Assembly (NCBI GenBank): GCA_964016885.1
Contig: OZ024740.1
Coordinates: 216,132,001-216,196,000, forward strand
Source of the DNA: Eledone cirrhosa
Taxonomy: Eukaryota
Direction: 5' to 3'
DNA length: 64,000 nucleotides
Position numbers and translations under genes: made by a program. Shown piece after piece: positions 26,608-37,924 of this stretch (positions are counted from its first letter, which is position 1; each line of letters begins with the position of its first letter). The notes under the pieces are model-generated. The model was not told where the DNA came from, made no database searches, and was given only the letters and a program-made list of their open reading frames with translations.

Positions 26608-26975
26608 ATCATCATCATCATCATCACCGTTTTACGTCCGTTCTTCCATGCTAGCATGGGTTAGACGGATTGTCCTGTTGTGGGCAGTGTCTGGTCGGCT
26701 GACCATGCCTTGCTCATACAGGAACTGATTTTGGCTTGGTTTCTACAGCTAGATGCCCTTCCTAACACCAACCTCATTTACAGTGAGTGCTGGGTGATTT
26801 TTTTCCATGGCACCTACACGTCCACTATACAGTGTGGGCTGGGTGCTTTTTTGCCGTGGCACCTCCACGACCACTTTGCAGTGGGAGGGTGTGGGGGCAT
26901 ATTGTCTATATGCTTCAGCTTGTACCCATGGGAGGTCGGGTACTCTGTATTACTGTGTGACGCCAGAGGTCACGG
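26608..26975 (-). mobile_element. RTE subfamily C 3' end / 3'UTR
   Basis: Homologous to 12760-13085. Confidence 0.85.
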
Positions 26976-27084
26976 TCTCTCTCATATATATATATATCAG
27001 GATTATACTGTCTGGGATTCATTGTCAAAATGGCAAGAGCTCAGCCATCAGGCTCTGACTCTCTACTATATATATATGTAGATG

Positions 27085-27390
27085 GGGGATCTGCATCGTT
27101 TCTGTTGGTGAGTGCTCCAGTTTATTCAATCATCTGAACTGCTTCTTGTGAAATAAATGTGCAAGTGACCCAGCATTTCACAGACACATGCACCCTGAAT
27201 GTAATTCTTGAGTAGATTCAGCATAACACAAGGCGTGACAAGGCTGGTACCTTGAATTACAGGTACAACTAATTTTGCCAGCTGAGTTGGGTGGAGCAAA
27301 GTGAAATAAAGTGTCCTGTTCAAGGACTTATCTTGCTGCTCAGTCTGGGAATCAAACTCTAGAGTCTAGACCATACAATCATGATCTGAA
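27085..27390 (-). mobile_element. Old tRNA-SINE variant
   Basis: Reverse complement has GTTTGATTCC B-box and CCTTGAACAGGACACTTTATTTCAC core shared with SINE family 1; different tail. Confidence 0.6.
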
Positions 27391-27599
27391 CACTATATAT
27401 ATACACACTTCTTGCCCTCTTCCTCTTTCTATCTTTTCTATATTCATCTGCCTGTCAACCACCTCATGGCTTGACTCTCTGTCGACCACTGGCCGCTAGT
27501 CTCTGTCCTCTGAGGCATTTTTGCCCATCATTGTCTTTCACAGCATTTGGTTGTTTTAATGGCATTTCTAGCGATGAGTTTTCTTATTTTTATATGTAT

Positions 27600-27803
27600 T
27601 TAACCCATTAGCATTTATATTACTCTACATTTACTATTGTATTTTTGCAACAAAGGCTTTACCTCACATAATTATCTCACATAATATTGAATCTATGAGA
27701 TTTTGATATTATTTATTTTGAGAACAATACCTTAATGTTGGTAAACACAAAGAGGTGAGAGAATTCTGGCCGGATATGGCCAGTTTAAATGCTAAAGGGT
27801 TAA
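27600..27803 (-). mobile_element. TTAA MITE copy
   Basis: TTAACCCATTAGCATTTA...TAAATGCTAAAGGGTTAA. Confidence 0.8.
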
Positions 27804-27901
27804 ATACACCCTCGCTTTGTGAATTAGTATATTTCTTCATTGTACTGTGTTGCTTGCTTTGTTATTTCTGTTTGCATTTTACATACATATATATATGCAT
27901 G

Positions 27902-28030
27902 TATAGTTCAAGAAATAACAAGACAAACACAGAAATACTAAAACACAAAGTCTTATTAGTATCACGCTTATGAGGACATAGAAGAATGTTTGACATTTCA
28001 GACATAAATCCTTCTTCAGGAAATGGAGAG
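27902..28030 (-). mobile_element. Penelope-like pLTR remnant with hammerhead-like core
   Basis: Minus strand CUGAAGAAGGAuuuaugUCUGAAAUGUC; homologous to 11676-11805. Confidence 0.5.
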
Positions 28031-28533
28031 TTCAGAGAGAAAAAGAAAAAGTTGGGACATCAGAGTTTGGTAAAAAAAAAAAAAGAATTTAAGAAGGCTT
28101 AGGGTGGCAGGTGAGTAGACTGGGGGCTGAGGTGGTGAGTCCAGGTGTATCATGGGAGTTGTCATGTGTGTATCCAGATGGAATGCATTTCATGGGTGTA
28201 TCATTGATGGAAGTGCATGTGCATGTGTCTGAAATTTTTTTTGTGTATGTGCATGTAAGTTTTCTTTATGAGTATGTGTGTGTACACAGTCTCATCCTTG
28301 CAAGCAGGGAAAAGCGGACGTAAAATGATGATGATGGTGATGATGATGCCACATGTGGGTCTGTGTGCTTTTTGTATTGTTTGTGTGTGCACGTTTACAT
28401 GTATGTGTCTGTGAATCCTGTGTTTTATTATATGTGCATGTGTGTTCACGTACGTATATGTGTGTATGTTTGTGTGGAATTTTTGAGATTTTGAGGAGTG
28501 TGTGTATGTATGCATGTGTGTGTATGTATGTAT

Positions 28534-28990
28534 GTCACTCTTGAGTGCTACTGGTAACATGTAACCCAGTACAACCTGGCGGCGACTAAACTGGCAACCT
28601 CACCAAGTTTACTTGGTGTGGAGGGTGATTTTGGACACCCTGCAGGACAAGAAAAAAAACCTGAGAAAGGGCGGAAGAACTCATAAGAGTCAACGGTAAT
28701 CCAAAAGTGTGTAAATATGTATATACACATGTACATATCTATGTATATGTATATATACATGGGTGCATGTGTATGTATATGCGCAGGGACATAGAAATAG
28801 TCGGGCTGGGCACCCGATCGTGCGGTTAAACCACTGGGAGTGAAGGACCTCTAGCCTTTGTCAGGGCATTCTTCTAGGAGAAGGAAACTCAGGAAACTGG
28901 GATAACTCCGATATAAAACCTGCGGCTCAGTAGTTACCAATAATGTTGATCTTTTCTTCTTTTCGGGGTATAGCTAATGTTGTTCAGAGA
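28534..28990 (+). mobile_element. 5' region of RTE-type element (same family as 23160-23653)
   Basis: Shared GTGCTACTGGTAACATGTA.CCCAGTACAACCTG..CTAAACTGGCAACC and CTAGGAGAAGGAAACTC. Confidence 0.55.
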
Positions 28991-29074
28991 GTGGGATTGG
29001 CACAGTGCACAGTCTTTCCTCACTTTAAAAAATATCTTCACGCACAGGCATTGCACGATAGAATTAATAATTAT

Positions 29075-29260
29075 TTGGCAGTATCGGTAAAGGGTCGGAC
29101 ACCATGTTTTCCAGCATAGTTACGTCCCTTTACGGTCTGAGTTCAAATCCCGTTGAGGTTAACTTTACCTTTCATCCTTACCGGGTCGATAAAATAAAGT
29201 ACCAGCAATGAACTGGGTAATTGCTGGCCTTGTGCCAAAAGTAGAAACAATTATTAATAA
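29075..29260 (+). mobile_element. SINE family 2 copy
   Basis: GGCAGTATCGGT...GCCTTGTGCCAAAAGTAGAAACAATTATTA. Confidence 0.85.
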
Positions 29261-29311
29261 TGTTATATCGTGCAATGGCCATACTCGATAACGAGGGGGC
29301 AGCCATCATCT

Positions 29312-29385
<74 letters not shown>

Positions 29386-30192
29386 ATATTGAAGACTTAA
29401 CTATGTTTAAGTTCAGTAATTTTTATTTCTAATTTTTCATATTTGCTTATTAGGTCTTTAATGTTTAGTTTGGAAGAAATCTTTTATGACCATCCTGATC
29501 ATCTGAAGGAACTGATAACATTTGGGTACTGTTGATACATTTTGCAGTCAGCAGCAAGGGTCCATAAGAATAACTTAGAAAAATCATCACTGCCAGAGTT
29601 AAAATTATTTACCAATTAATTTCTAATAACTTGGCTGTGTTTACTTTACATGTGCTGTAGCTGTATGTTGACTTGATGTTTACATTCTGATATAAGAAGG
29701 GCTTTCAGAGTTAATCTTCTTAGTTTTCTAAGAAATTCTTTAAAATAAACACTAAGTCTCTCCTTTCCAACACAAACTGACACCTTATTGTGTCTGCCAA
29801 CTTATTAAAAGGAAACAATGATAAACAAAATTTAAATGTTGTATTAAATATAGAAAATGTATGACACGAGATAATCCATTGTTAATAAGTGGTCAAGATA
29901 TGTGTATATATCTGAAGTATTTCATTAATTTGGTTATTGTTTCTTTATGAGTATTAATGTGTTGTTTACATCCCCCCCCCCCACACACACATGCACACAA
30001 CGTACATGTGTACATATAGATATATATATATATATAGATATGTATATCTGTCTATATGTGTATAAATGGATGTCTCACTCCCTCTTTCCCTACACACACA
30101 CACGCATATATATCATCATCATCATCCACTTTTCCATATTATATATATATATATATATATATAAGTGGTTACACAACAGTTAGTTCACCATA

Positions 30193-30233
30193 CCGAGAAC
30201 AATTGTTTCACCTTAGCGGATCTTCAGCCCAGG
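30193..30233 (-). ncRNA. Minimal type-I hammerhead ribozyme (left arm)
   Basis: CUGGG-CUGAAGA-UCCgcuaaGGU-GAA-ACAAUUGU-U-CUCGG. Confidence 0.6.
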
Positions 30234-30446
30234 ATGTGTATGGTTATAGGAACAGGAAGGACAACCATACAAACGCGCATGCACAGAAACTCGGTCACTT
30301 CACACAGGCAATACTAGACTGCAATACACAGGCAATACTAGACTACACCTCCCGCACGCAGTCTAGTATTGCCTGTGTGAAGTGACCGAGTTTCTGTGCA
30401 TGCGCGTTTGTATGGTTGTCCTTCCTGTTCCTATAACCATACACAT

Positions 30447-30487
30447 CCTGAGCTGAAGATCCGCGAAGGTGAAACAATTGTTCTCGG
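30447..30487 (+). ncRNA. Minimal type-I hammerhead ribozyme (right arm)
   Basis: CUGAG-CUGAAGA-UCCgcgaaGGU-GAA-ACAAUUGU-U-CUCGG: intact core, 5-bp stem I, palindromic stem III. Confidence 0.65.
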
Positions 30488-30581
30488 TATGGTGAACTAA
30501 CTGTTGTGTAACCACTTCTACCTAACTCGTCCCTTGGACTGAGTGCTCTACCACTATGGATATTACCTTCCAGTGTTCCAC

Positions 30582-30621
<40 letters not shown>

Positions 30622-30623
<2 letters not shown>

Positions 30624-33600
30624 TCATCAACGTTTAACGTCCGTGTTCCATGCTTGCATGGGTTTGGACGGGGTTTTCCTACTTGAGGCAAGAGTGATTA
30701 TCTTGCTTGCATAGGACTATCTGGCGGGTTTTCTACAGCTGGATGCCCTTCCTAACACCAACCACATTTACAGTGTGGGTCTGGGAGGTTTTTACCGTGT
30801 TGCCTACACGGCCACATTACAGCGTGAACTGTGTGTTTTTTGACGTGACACCTACATGATCTCATTTGTTTCGGCCTGGATGTTGTGGCACCAACATAAC
30901 TTTACATTGAAAGAGGCGGTGTGGATGCGGTGGGGGTGGTGGGACGGGGGTGTATTTTGTTAGAGATGCCTACTGACTGTAGTAGGTTTTACTTTGTATT
31001 TAGGTAAGGCGGCTCTTCTCTATTACTGAGTACCGCCAAAGGTCTCGGTCCAGTGACATTGTCTTGGTGAGGTGTAAGTGTGTGAAGTCGGAATTTATCA
31101 GCTCGTCCCAGGTTTTTCTGCGTCTGCCTATTCCGTGGCTACCGTCTATCTTTATTGCCCTGCACTTTGTTATACAGCTATCGTCCTTCATGCGCATCAC
31201 GTGACCATACCAACATAGCCTTCTCTCGAATAAACAACATCTGATCCCTCTTATTTCTAATTTTTTCCTTAGTTCGTTTATGCTTTGCCGTTCACGTATA
31301 TTACTGTTACACATCCAGCGGAGCATGCAAGCTTCGTTTCTCTCTAGTCTGCGTATATCCTCTGCACACAATGCCCAGGTCTCACTGCCATGCAACATTG
31401 CTGTTTGTATGCAGGCATCATACAACCTGCCTTTCATTTTTAGGGAGAACCCTTTAGCGGCTAATAGTGGTATAAGCTCTCTGAACTTTTTCCATCCAGT
31501 TCTGACTCTAGCTACTGTACTTTCAGTGCACCCTCTCCCACTGCTGATTTTGTCACCCAGGTAACGGAAGCTGTCCACTATTTCTATAGAACCCTCTGCG
31601 CAGTTGAAAGAGCTAGTATTTTGTGGGCACTTGCTGCTACTTATTGCACTAGAGCACCGGCCACATGTAAAATCTATGTTCTTAGTTAGCTTACCTGTGA
31701 TCCCACTACATCTTTTATGCACCCATACTTTGCATTTGGGACACAAAATGGAGTTTCTACCTACGCCTTTCCTACACACTGCGCATGGCCACTTCCCGGA
31801 AGGGACCGCTGCCTTATTTTCTTTCTTACAAACTAGAACTTTGGTCTTAGCCAGGTTAATTTTAAGGCCTTTTGATTCTAGGCCGTGCTTCCATGTTTGG
31901 AATTTCTTCTCTAGCTCGGCCATTGATTCAGCTATGAGTGTTAGGTCATCTGCGTATAGGAGTTCCCATGGGCAACCGGTCTTGAACTCCTCTGTTATAG
32001 CCTGAAGGGCAATAATAAATAGTAGGGGGCTGAGAACAGAGCCCTGATGGATGCCAACTTTTACGCTAAACTCTTCACTATATTCGTTGTTAATTCTAAC
32101 CTTGCTGACTGTTTCTTTATACATGGCTTGTATAGCTCTCACAAGCCATTCGTCAACACCTAGTTTTCTAAGAGCCCACCAGATAATGGAACGGGGGACT
32201 CTGTCGAAGGCTTTCTCCAAGTCGACAAAAGCTAGGTATAGGGGTTTACTTTTAGCTAGGTACTTCTCCTGTAGTTGTCGTACAATGAAAAGAGCGTCTG
32301 TGGTACTTTTGCCTGACACAAACCCGAACTGCATTTCATCTAGATCAATTCTCTCTCTGATTAGTTGCGCTATTACTTTTTCCGTGACCTTCATGACCTG
32401 GTCGATTAATTTAATGCCTCTATAGTTACTCCTATCTAGGGCATCTCCTTTACCCTTATAACAGTTAACGATGATGCTGCTACGCCAGTCCTTCGGAACA
32501 ACCCCATTCTGTACGACTTGGTTAACTATCCGGGTGACCATGGTGTGTCCCACCGTACCAGATGCCTTCAGCATCTCGGCAACTATTTCCGAAGGCCCAG
32601 CCGCCTTACCCGTCTTCATATCTTTGATTGCCTTACTTATTATACTACCCTCGACTAACACTGCTGGTCCCTGTATTGGGTCGATGTGGGGGAGACTGTC
32701 TTTCTCCCATTTATTCTCCTCATTTAGTAGCCTTTCATAGTGACACTTCCAAGCTACCTTCTTATCAGCGTCGGTGATGGCAAGTATGCCATCATCATTA
32801 AGTACTCACTTCTCCCCGACAATATCACGGTTTTCCTTGACACATTGCCTAGCAATCCTGAACACCTCACGTTTTTGGTCCTCGCGTTGTAGAACATGCT
32901 TGAACTTTCTTTCCTCTGCTTCCCTTCTTGCGAAGTACACTTGTCTCCTAGCTTCCCTCCTGGCCACTTGATAGTCTTCTCTGCTTCCCCCATCCCGCCA
33001 TACTTTCCAAGCCTGCTTTTTGGCCTTAATTGACCCCTCCACCTTACTGTTCCACCACCATGTTACTCTCCTCCTGCCTACAGGCCTGCTCCAGCCACAG
33101 ACTTCGTCTGCCGCCATCAGCAGGTTTGCTTTCAGGAATTCCCACTGCTCCTCTATATTGTACGACTCTAATTGCTCTTCCTTACTGTCGAAAGCATCAA
33201 GTAGTATACTTTTGAATTTATTTCTGGCTATGGAGTCCTTTAGCTTCCATATTTTTCTCCTGAGGATAGTCCTCTTCTGCTGTCTAGTACGTCTCGTCCT
33301 GACTATTAGGTCGCTAACTATGAGTCTATGTTGGGAGGTGCATTCTTCATGGGGGAGGCATTTAGTGTTTACAACAGACACTCTGTCACGTCTTCTGGTA
33401 AGGATATAATCTACCTGGCTTGTGTGTTCCCCCGATCTATAGGTGATCAGGTGATTGTCACGTTTTTTGAAGTTAGTGTTACAGATAGTTAGGTTATTTG
33501 CGTCACAGAATTCCAGGATTCTGGAGCCTTCCTCATTTCTAGTACCAAACCCGTAGCCTCCATGGATTTCGTCGTAGCCGTCACAATGTTGTCCAACGTG

Positions 33601-34392
33601 ACCATTTAGGTCGCCTGCAATAATTATATAGTCACTGTCGGTTATTTGGGAGGTAGCGAGCATCAGTGTCTCATAGAATCTGTCTTTTATAGTGCCGGGC
33701 AGTCCGGATTGGGGTGCGTACGCAGATATTACTGTCACCGTAGTTCTATTGAGGACAAGTCTTATTTTAATTATTCTGTCGTTCACTCTATTTACGTCTA
33801 TTATCTTATCTGCCCACTTTTCTGCTACCATGATTCCTACTCCACCCAGCCCATTGTCATTTCCCACCCACAAAAGCTTATAGCATCGTTTTTTACCCAC
33901 AATGAATCTAGCAGACCCACCCCTCCACCTGGTCTCTTGAATACAACAAACATCGACCTCCTTACGTCCAAGCATTTCTACAACCTTGTTAGAGCGACCC
34001 TTTAAGGTGCCTACATTCATGGTACCAACTCTGAAGTTTTGGATTGCGTTTGGAGGGTGGGAGCGGTGGGGATCGGGGGGAGATGGGATTATGTTAGCCA
34101 TCCGCGGCCGAAACAAAGAGGAATGCTCGCATTCTCGTCCACGAGGTGAATTTGTCTTTATCTTTGGCATTGTCGCTGAGCGTCCAGATTTTTCTCTCTT
34201 CAACTCTCCAGAATTCCGTAGTCCATCCATCCGTCATATCGAAGGCGACCAGGTAAGCGATAGTATAGGCCTCTGGCTTATGATTGGTCCACGTAATAAT
34301 AATGGTGGTGCGTGGGGGCGGGCGGGAGGGGTGTTGAGTTGTTAGCGAGAAGAATAGGTTTAAGTAAGATCCTCGTATTTAACAAGCGATAA

Positions 34393-34397
<5 letters not shown>
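30622..34397 (-). mobile_element. Near-full-length RTE-LINE subfamily B
   Basis: 5'UTR, single long ORF, ~380-bp 3'UTR ending GGACGTTAAACGTTGATGATGA; (TA)n on both flanks. Confidence 0.97.
31000..34230 (-). pseudogene. RTE polyprotein (APE endonuclease + reverse transcriptase + PHD finger), one premature TGA at 32806-32808
   Basis: APE motifs TMNVGTL, CCIQETRW, AGDLNGHVG, VDYIL, SQHRL; RT motifs QFGF, FVDLEKAFD, QGSVLSP, LYADD. The two predicted ORFs are in frame (144 nt apart) and the gap has no further stop. Confidence 0.93.
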
Positions 34398-34463
<66 letters not shown>

Positions 34464-35617
34464 CATAAATTAATTATATATATATATATATATATTTAAA
34501 ATTCAAGTTACATCAACACATTCATAGTAAGACAGCCACAGACATATTTCCCTAAAGACAAAATATGAAGAATCAAAGAGAAGAACGAAACACGGCAGTG
34601 TAGAAGTCAAAGCTAGAATCACTTTAGTGTTACCAATACTTAATCACCATGGAGATTGGCTTTTGTCAGACAAACCTCAAATCTGTATTCACATTGATTT
34701 CTAAGACTACTTCCAGAAAATTACCATATATATATATATACATATATGTATATATATATATATAGAGAGAGAGAGAAAGAGAGGGAGAGAATTAGAGAAA
34801 GATATAGATATAAGTTGATAATAATGAGAGCAGGCAAAAGCTGCTAACTGAATAATGAAATGTTTCTCTGGTGGCTAATACATTGAAATTATGTATTTAT
34901 TTCCATACATTTTAATACTAAATACAACTTTATAAATAACTGAAATGTTGGAGAAAAACTGTCGTGAGGATAGCGCCAGTAAATTATTAGAGACACCTGA
35001 TGTAACAATAAGAGTAATTTGGTATATGGACAGTTCTATTGAGGTTAACGAGATCTTTTAACAAATGATTACACAGCTAATATCTTGTAACTGATGATTG
35101 GTAGACAATTCCTGCCTTAAAATACCAATCTCTATTATAATATAGCTAGAGCAGGGTTATAGATTGGTAGCATTACTACAATATCACATAGAAGGCCTTG
35201 TGGTATTTAGTTACAGCCCTTTCCATTCTGAGTTCAAACCCTGCTGGTGTTAGCTTTGTCTTTCATCCATCCAGAATTGGTAAAATAACCTAACAGTCAA
35301 GTACTAAGTTCAATGAAATATAATTGAACCCCAACCCTTCAAATTGTTTATTTTGTGTTTAACCCTTTAGTTATGAACCCGACCAAAACCTGCTCAAGTT
35401 CCATGAAATAGTACCACTCATTTTAAAGGTTTCCAATTTAAATTAAAATCTTCCAACATAATTTTATATAAGAACCTTACATTAAGTTACTATCTGATGA
35501 ATGAAATAATTAATAATTTTAGAAAATCTTTCAAAATTCTTCATTAATTAATTAAAACAGAGTGTATTTCATTAGAAATGTTATCATGAAAGAGTTGAAT
35601 TAGAACCCATTATAATA

Positions 35618-35800
35618 TGGCAGTATCGGTAGAGAGTTAGGCGCCATGCTTTCCTGCATAATTACGTCCCTTTACGGTCCAAGTTCAAATCCTGCCGAGG
35701 TTAACTTTGCCTTTCATCGTTACAGGGGTCGATAAAATAAAGTACCAGTAATGTACTGGGAAATTGCTGGCCTTGTGCCAAAAGTAGAAACAATTATAAT
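35618..35800 (+). mobile_element. SINE family 2 copy
   Basis: Homology to 29075-29260; older copy at 35150-35355. Confidence 0.85.
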
Positions 35801-36012
35801 ATAACTATAGGAAACATGCCATCGAGTTAAGTCTAGGAGCTAGATTCAGTTCCCTAAGGAAGCCAATATATTCCACGTCATTTAATGCTTTCAGTATCAG
35901 GGGGATATTTTACTAATCTCGGCCTGAATTACACATTAAAAATTGCCTTTTTCAAAAAAATTGGTAAAATGAAATAAAAGGGGACATTGCAAGATTTTGT
36001 CGTTCTTATGAA

Positions 36013-36190
36013 TATAAAGGGGTCGGCTGAAAGGTTCATAGGCTGACCAAGGTTCTCTCATGGAATGATCAAATGAGGTTTATTTTTCTACATAGTCCTT
36101 GGAAAGAAACAATGCAGTTATTAATAAGAAGAGGTGAAATGAACACATGCAAAATTTCACAGCTCTAGCATCACTCCTCCATAGTCATCC
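36013..36190 (+). mobile_element. Mariner-derived MITE (partial)
   Basis: GGGTCGGCTGAAAGGTTCATAGGCTGACC; homologous to 59751-60006. Confidence 0.7.
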
Positions 36191-36435
36191 TACACTAACT
36201 AGGAAAGACATGTTTACGGTTACAGAAGGTGGGTAAAGAGTGAAGTTTAACATCGCAATGTTTCTCTTTAATATATCAAAGAGTGTTAAGAACTAATTCA
36301 ACATTTCTCATTTAAACTGGTATTGTCTCTTTATTATGAACATTCTTCTGAATTAGTTGAGTAAACAAGTGCTTGAGGAGGGTTTCTTCTCTGAAGAACT
36401 TCTGCTGTCCAACTCTCCTAAAAGTTTTTTACCAC

Positions 36436-36503
<68 letters not shown>

Positions 36504-36842
36504 GAGGTTATATTTAATTTGTTGGGATTCAACAAGCTTAACATTTTTTATAACTGATATAAAGCACTCAACAATTTAGTGGAGTAAATATACAATATAT
36601 TAATAAATGGAAACTATATTTATAAAACCATATTTATTTTATTATATATATTTCAAGGGCGACCAAGGAAAATTATGGTGCACTTTCATCAGATAAAATA
36701 TAGATTTGTTTTATAAATAAAAAAGACAACCTTAACGGTTGGAGCTTCCTGGATAGTTTCCTGGAAATATTTACATATATATTTATATATATATAAATAT
36801 ATATTATATATATATATTATTTATATATATATATATATATAT

Positions 36843-37100
36843 ATGTGTCAAAAAGTGACACAGAGGAGACTGAGGTTGGCTGGACATGCTCACCGACATC
36901 CAGAGTTGACATTGCACTCAGTGCTCCTTTGGGAGCCCCTACATGGACACACTAGAAGAGGAAGACCAAGGTTAACATATGTTGATGCCCTAAGGACAGA
37001 CACTGGTCTGTTGGAGATGCAGGATATGGCAGCGATAATGAGGGACAGAGACCGCTGGAGAGAACTCGTCCATGGATCTCGGGAATTTTACCCGCCTTAG
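36843..37100 (+). mobile_element. RTE-type LINE C-terminal fragment (distinct family) in (TA)n
   Basis: RRLRLAGHAHR..LLWEP..RRGRPRLTYVDAL..DTG..DRDRWR. Confidence 0.8.
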
Positions 37101-37111
37101 ATATATATATG

Positions 37112-37178
<67 letters not shown>

Positions 37179-37486
37179 TATATATATATATATATATATA
37201 GATAGATAAATATACACGGGTGTGTATGATTGTGTATAGAAGATTATATTAATAAGAGGAATTCCAACTTTGTCTGATTTACTCGTTTTATTTACAATCC
37301 TTTAAAATTTATAATGGTATTATAATGAAATAGTATGATAAAATATTAAATTCTAAGTGTTAATTGAACAAGTACTTTCATGCTTTCACAATCTTCATAA
37401 TATGTGGTGACAGTCAAGTTTGCAATTTTGACAGTTGAAAATTGCAAACTTGACTGTCACTACATATTATGAACCTGAAGATTGTG

Positions 37487-37822
37487 AAAGTTTAACTAGA
37501 ACTTCAAATATAGATACCTTTTCAAAATGAACTCGGCTGCTATTTCTAGCTGTCGATAATCCTATTCACGCCACTGGGATGACGCTGGTACGATGTGTGT
37601 ATTTTAAAAAAAATGCAACACGTGCTTTTCGAGTCATTCACAGATTTGCATTTGCTGTGTAAACACAGATAGTTAAATCATCTCCTTTGATGAAAACCCG
37701 GGATTTGACTACTGTGATTTACCAATTGATGGTGAAATATATTTCTTTATTTAATGAAATATATACAAAGAAGATTAATCATTTTGAAAAGGTATCTATA
37801 TTTGAAGTTCTAGTTAAACTTT
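37487..37822. mobile_element. MITE-like element with perfect 44-bp terminal inverted repeats
   Basis: 37487-37530 is the exact reverse complement of 37779-37822. Confidence 0.75.
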
Positions 37823-37882
37823 AATTAGTTATCTACCTAGCTGTGTGTGCTTACACACTTTACAAATTATTCCCTGTGATTG

Positions 37883-37920
<38 letters not shown>

Positions 37921-37924
<4 letters not shown>

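Larger units (their letters stand above)
30163..30585. mobile_element. Penelope-like palindromic element (160-bp arms) in (TA)n
   Basis: Arms 30163-30322 / 30358-30517 with ~2 mismatches; one-arm homologue at 55688-55830. Confidence 0.75.

Noticed and set aside
31280-34345. Plus-strand ORFs overlapping the RTE
   Set aside because: Antisense shadows of the RTE ORF with no motifs.
34230-34397. HDV-like ribozyme at the 5' end of the full-length RTE
   Set aside because: No P1/P2/P3 nested pairing found by eye.
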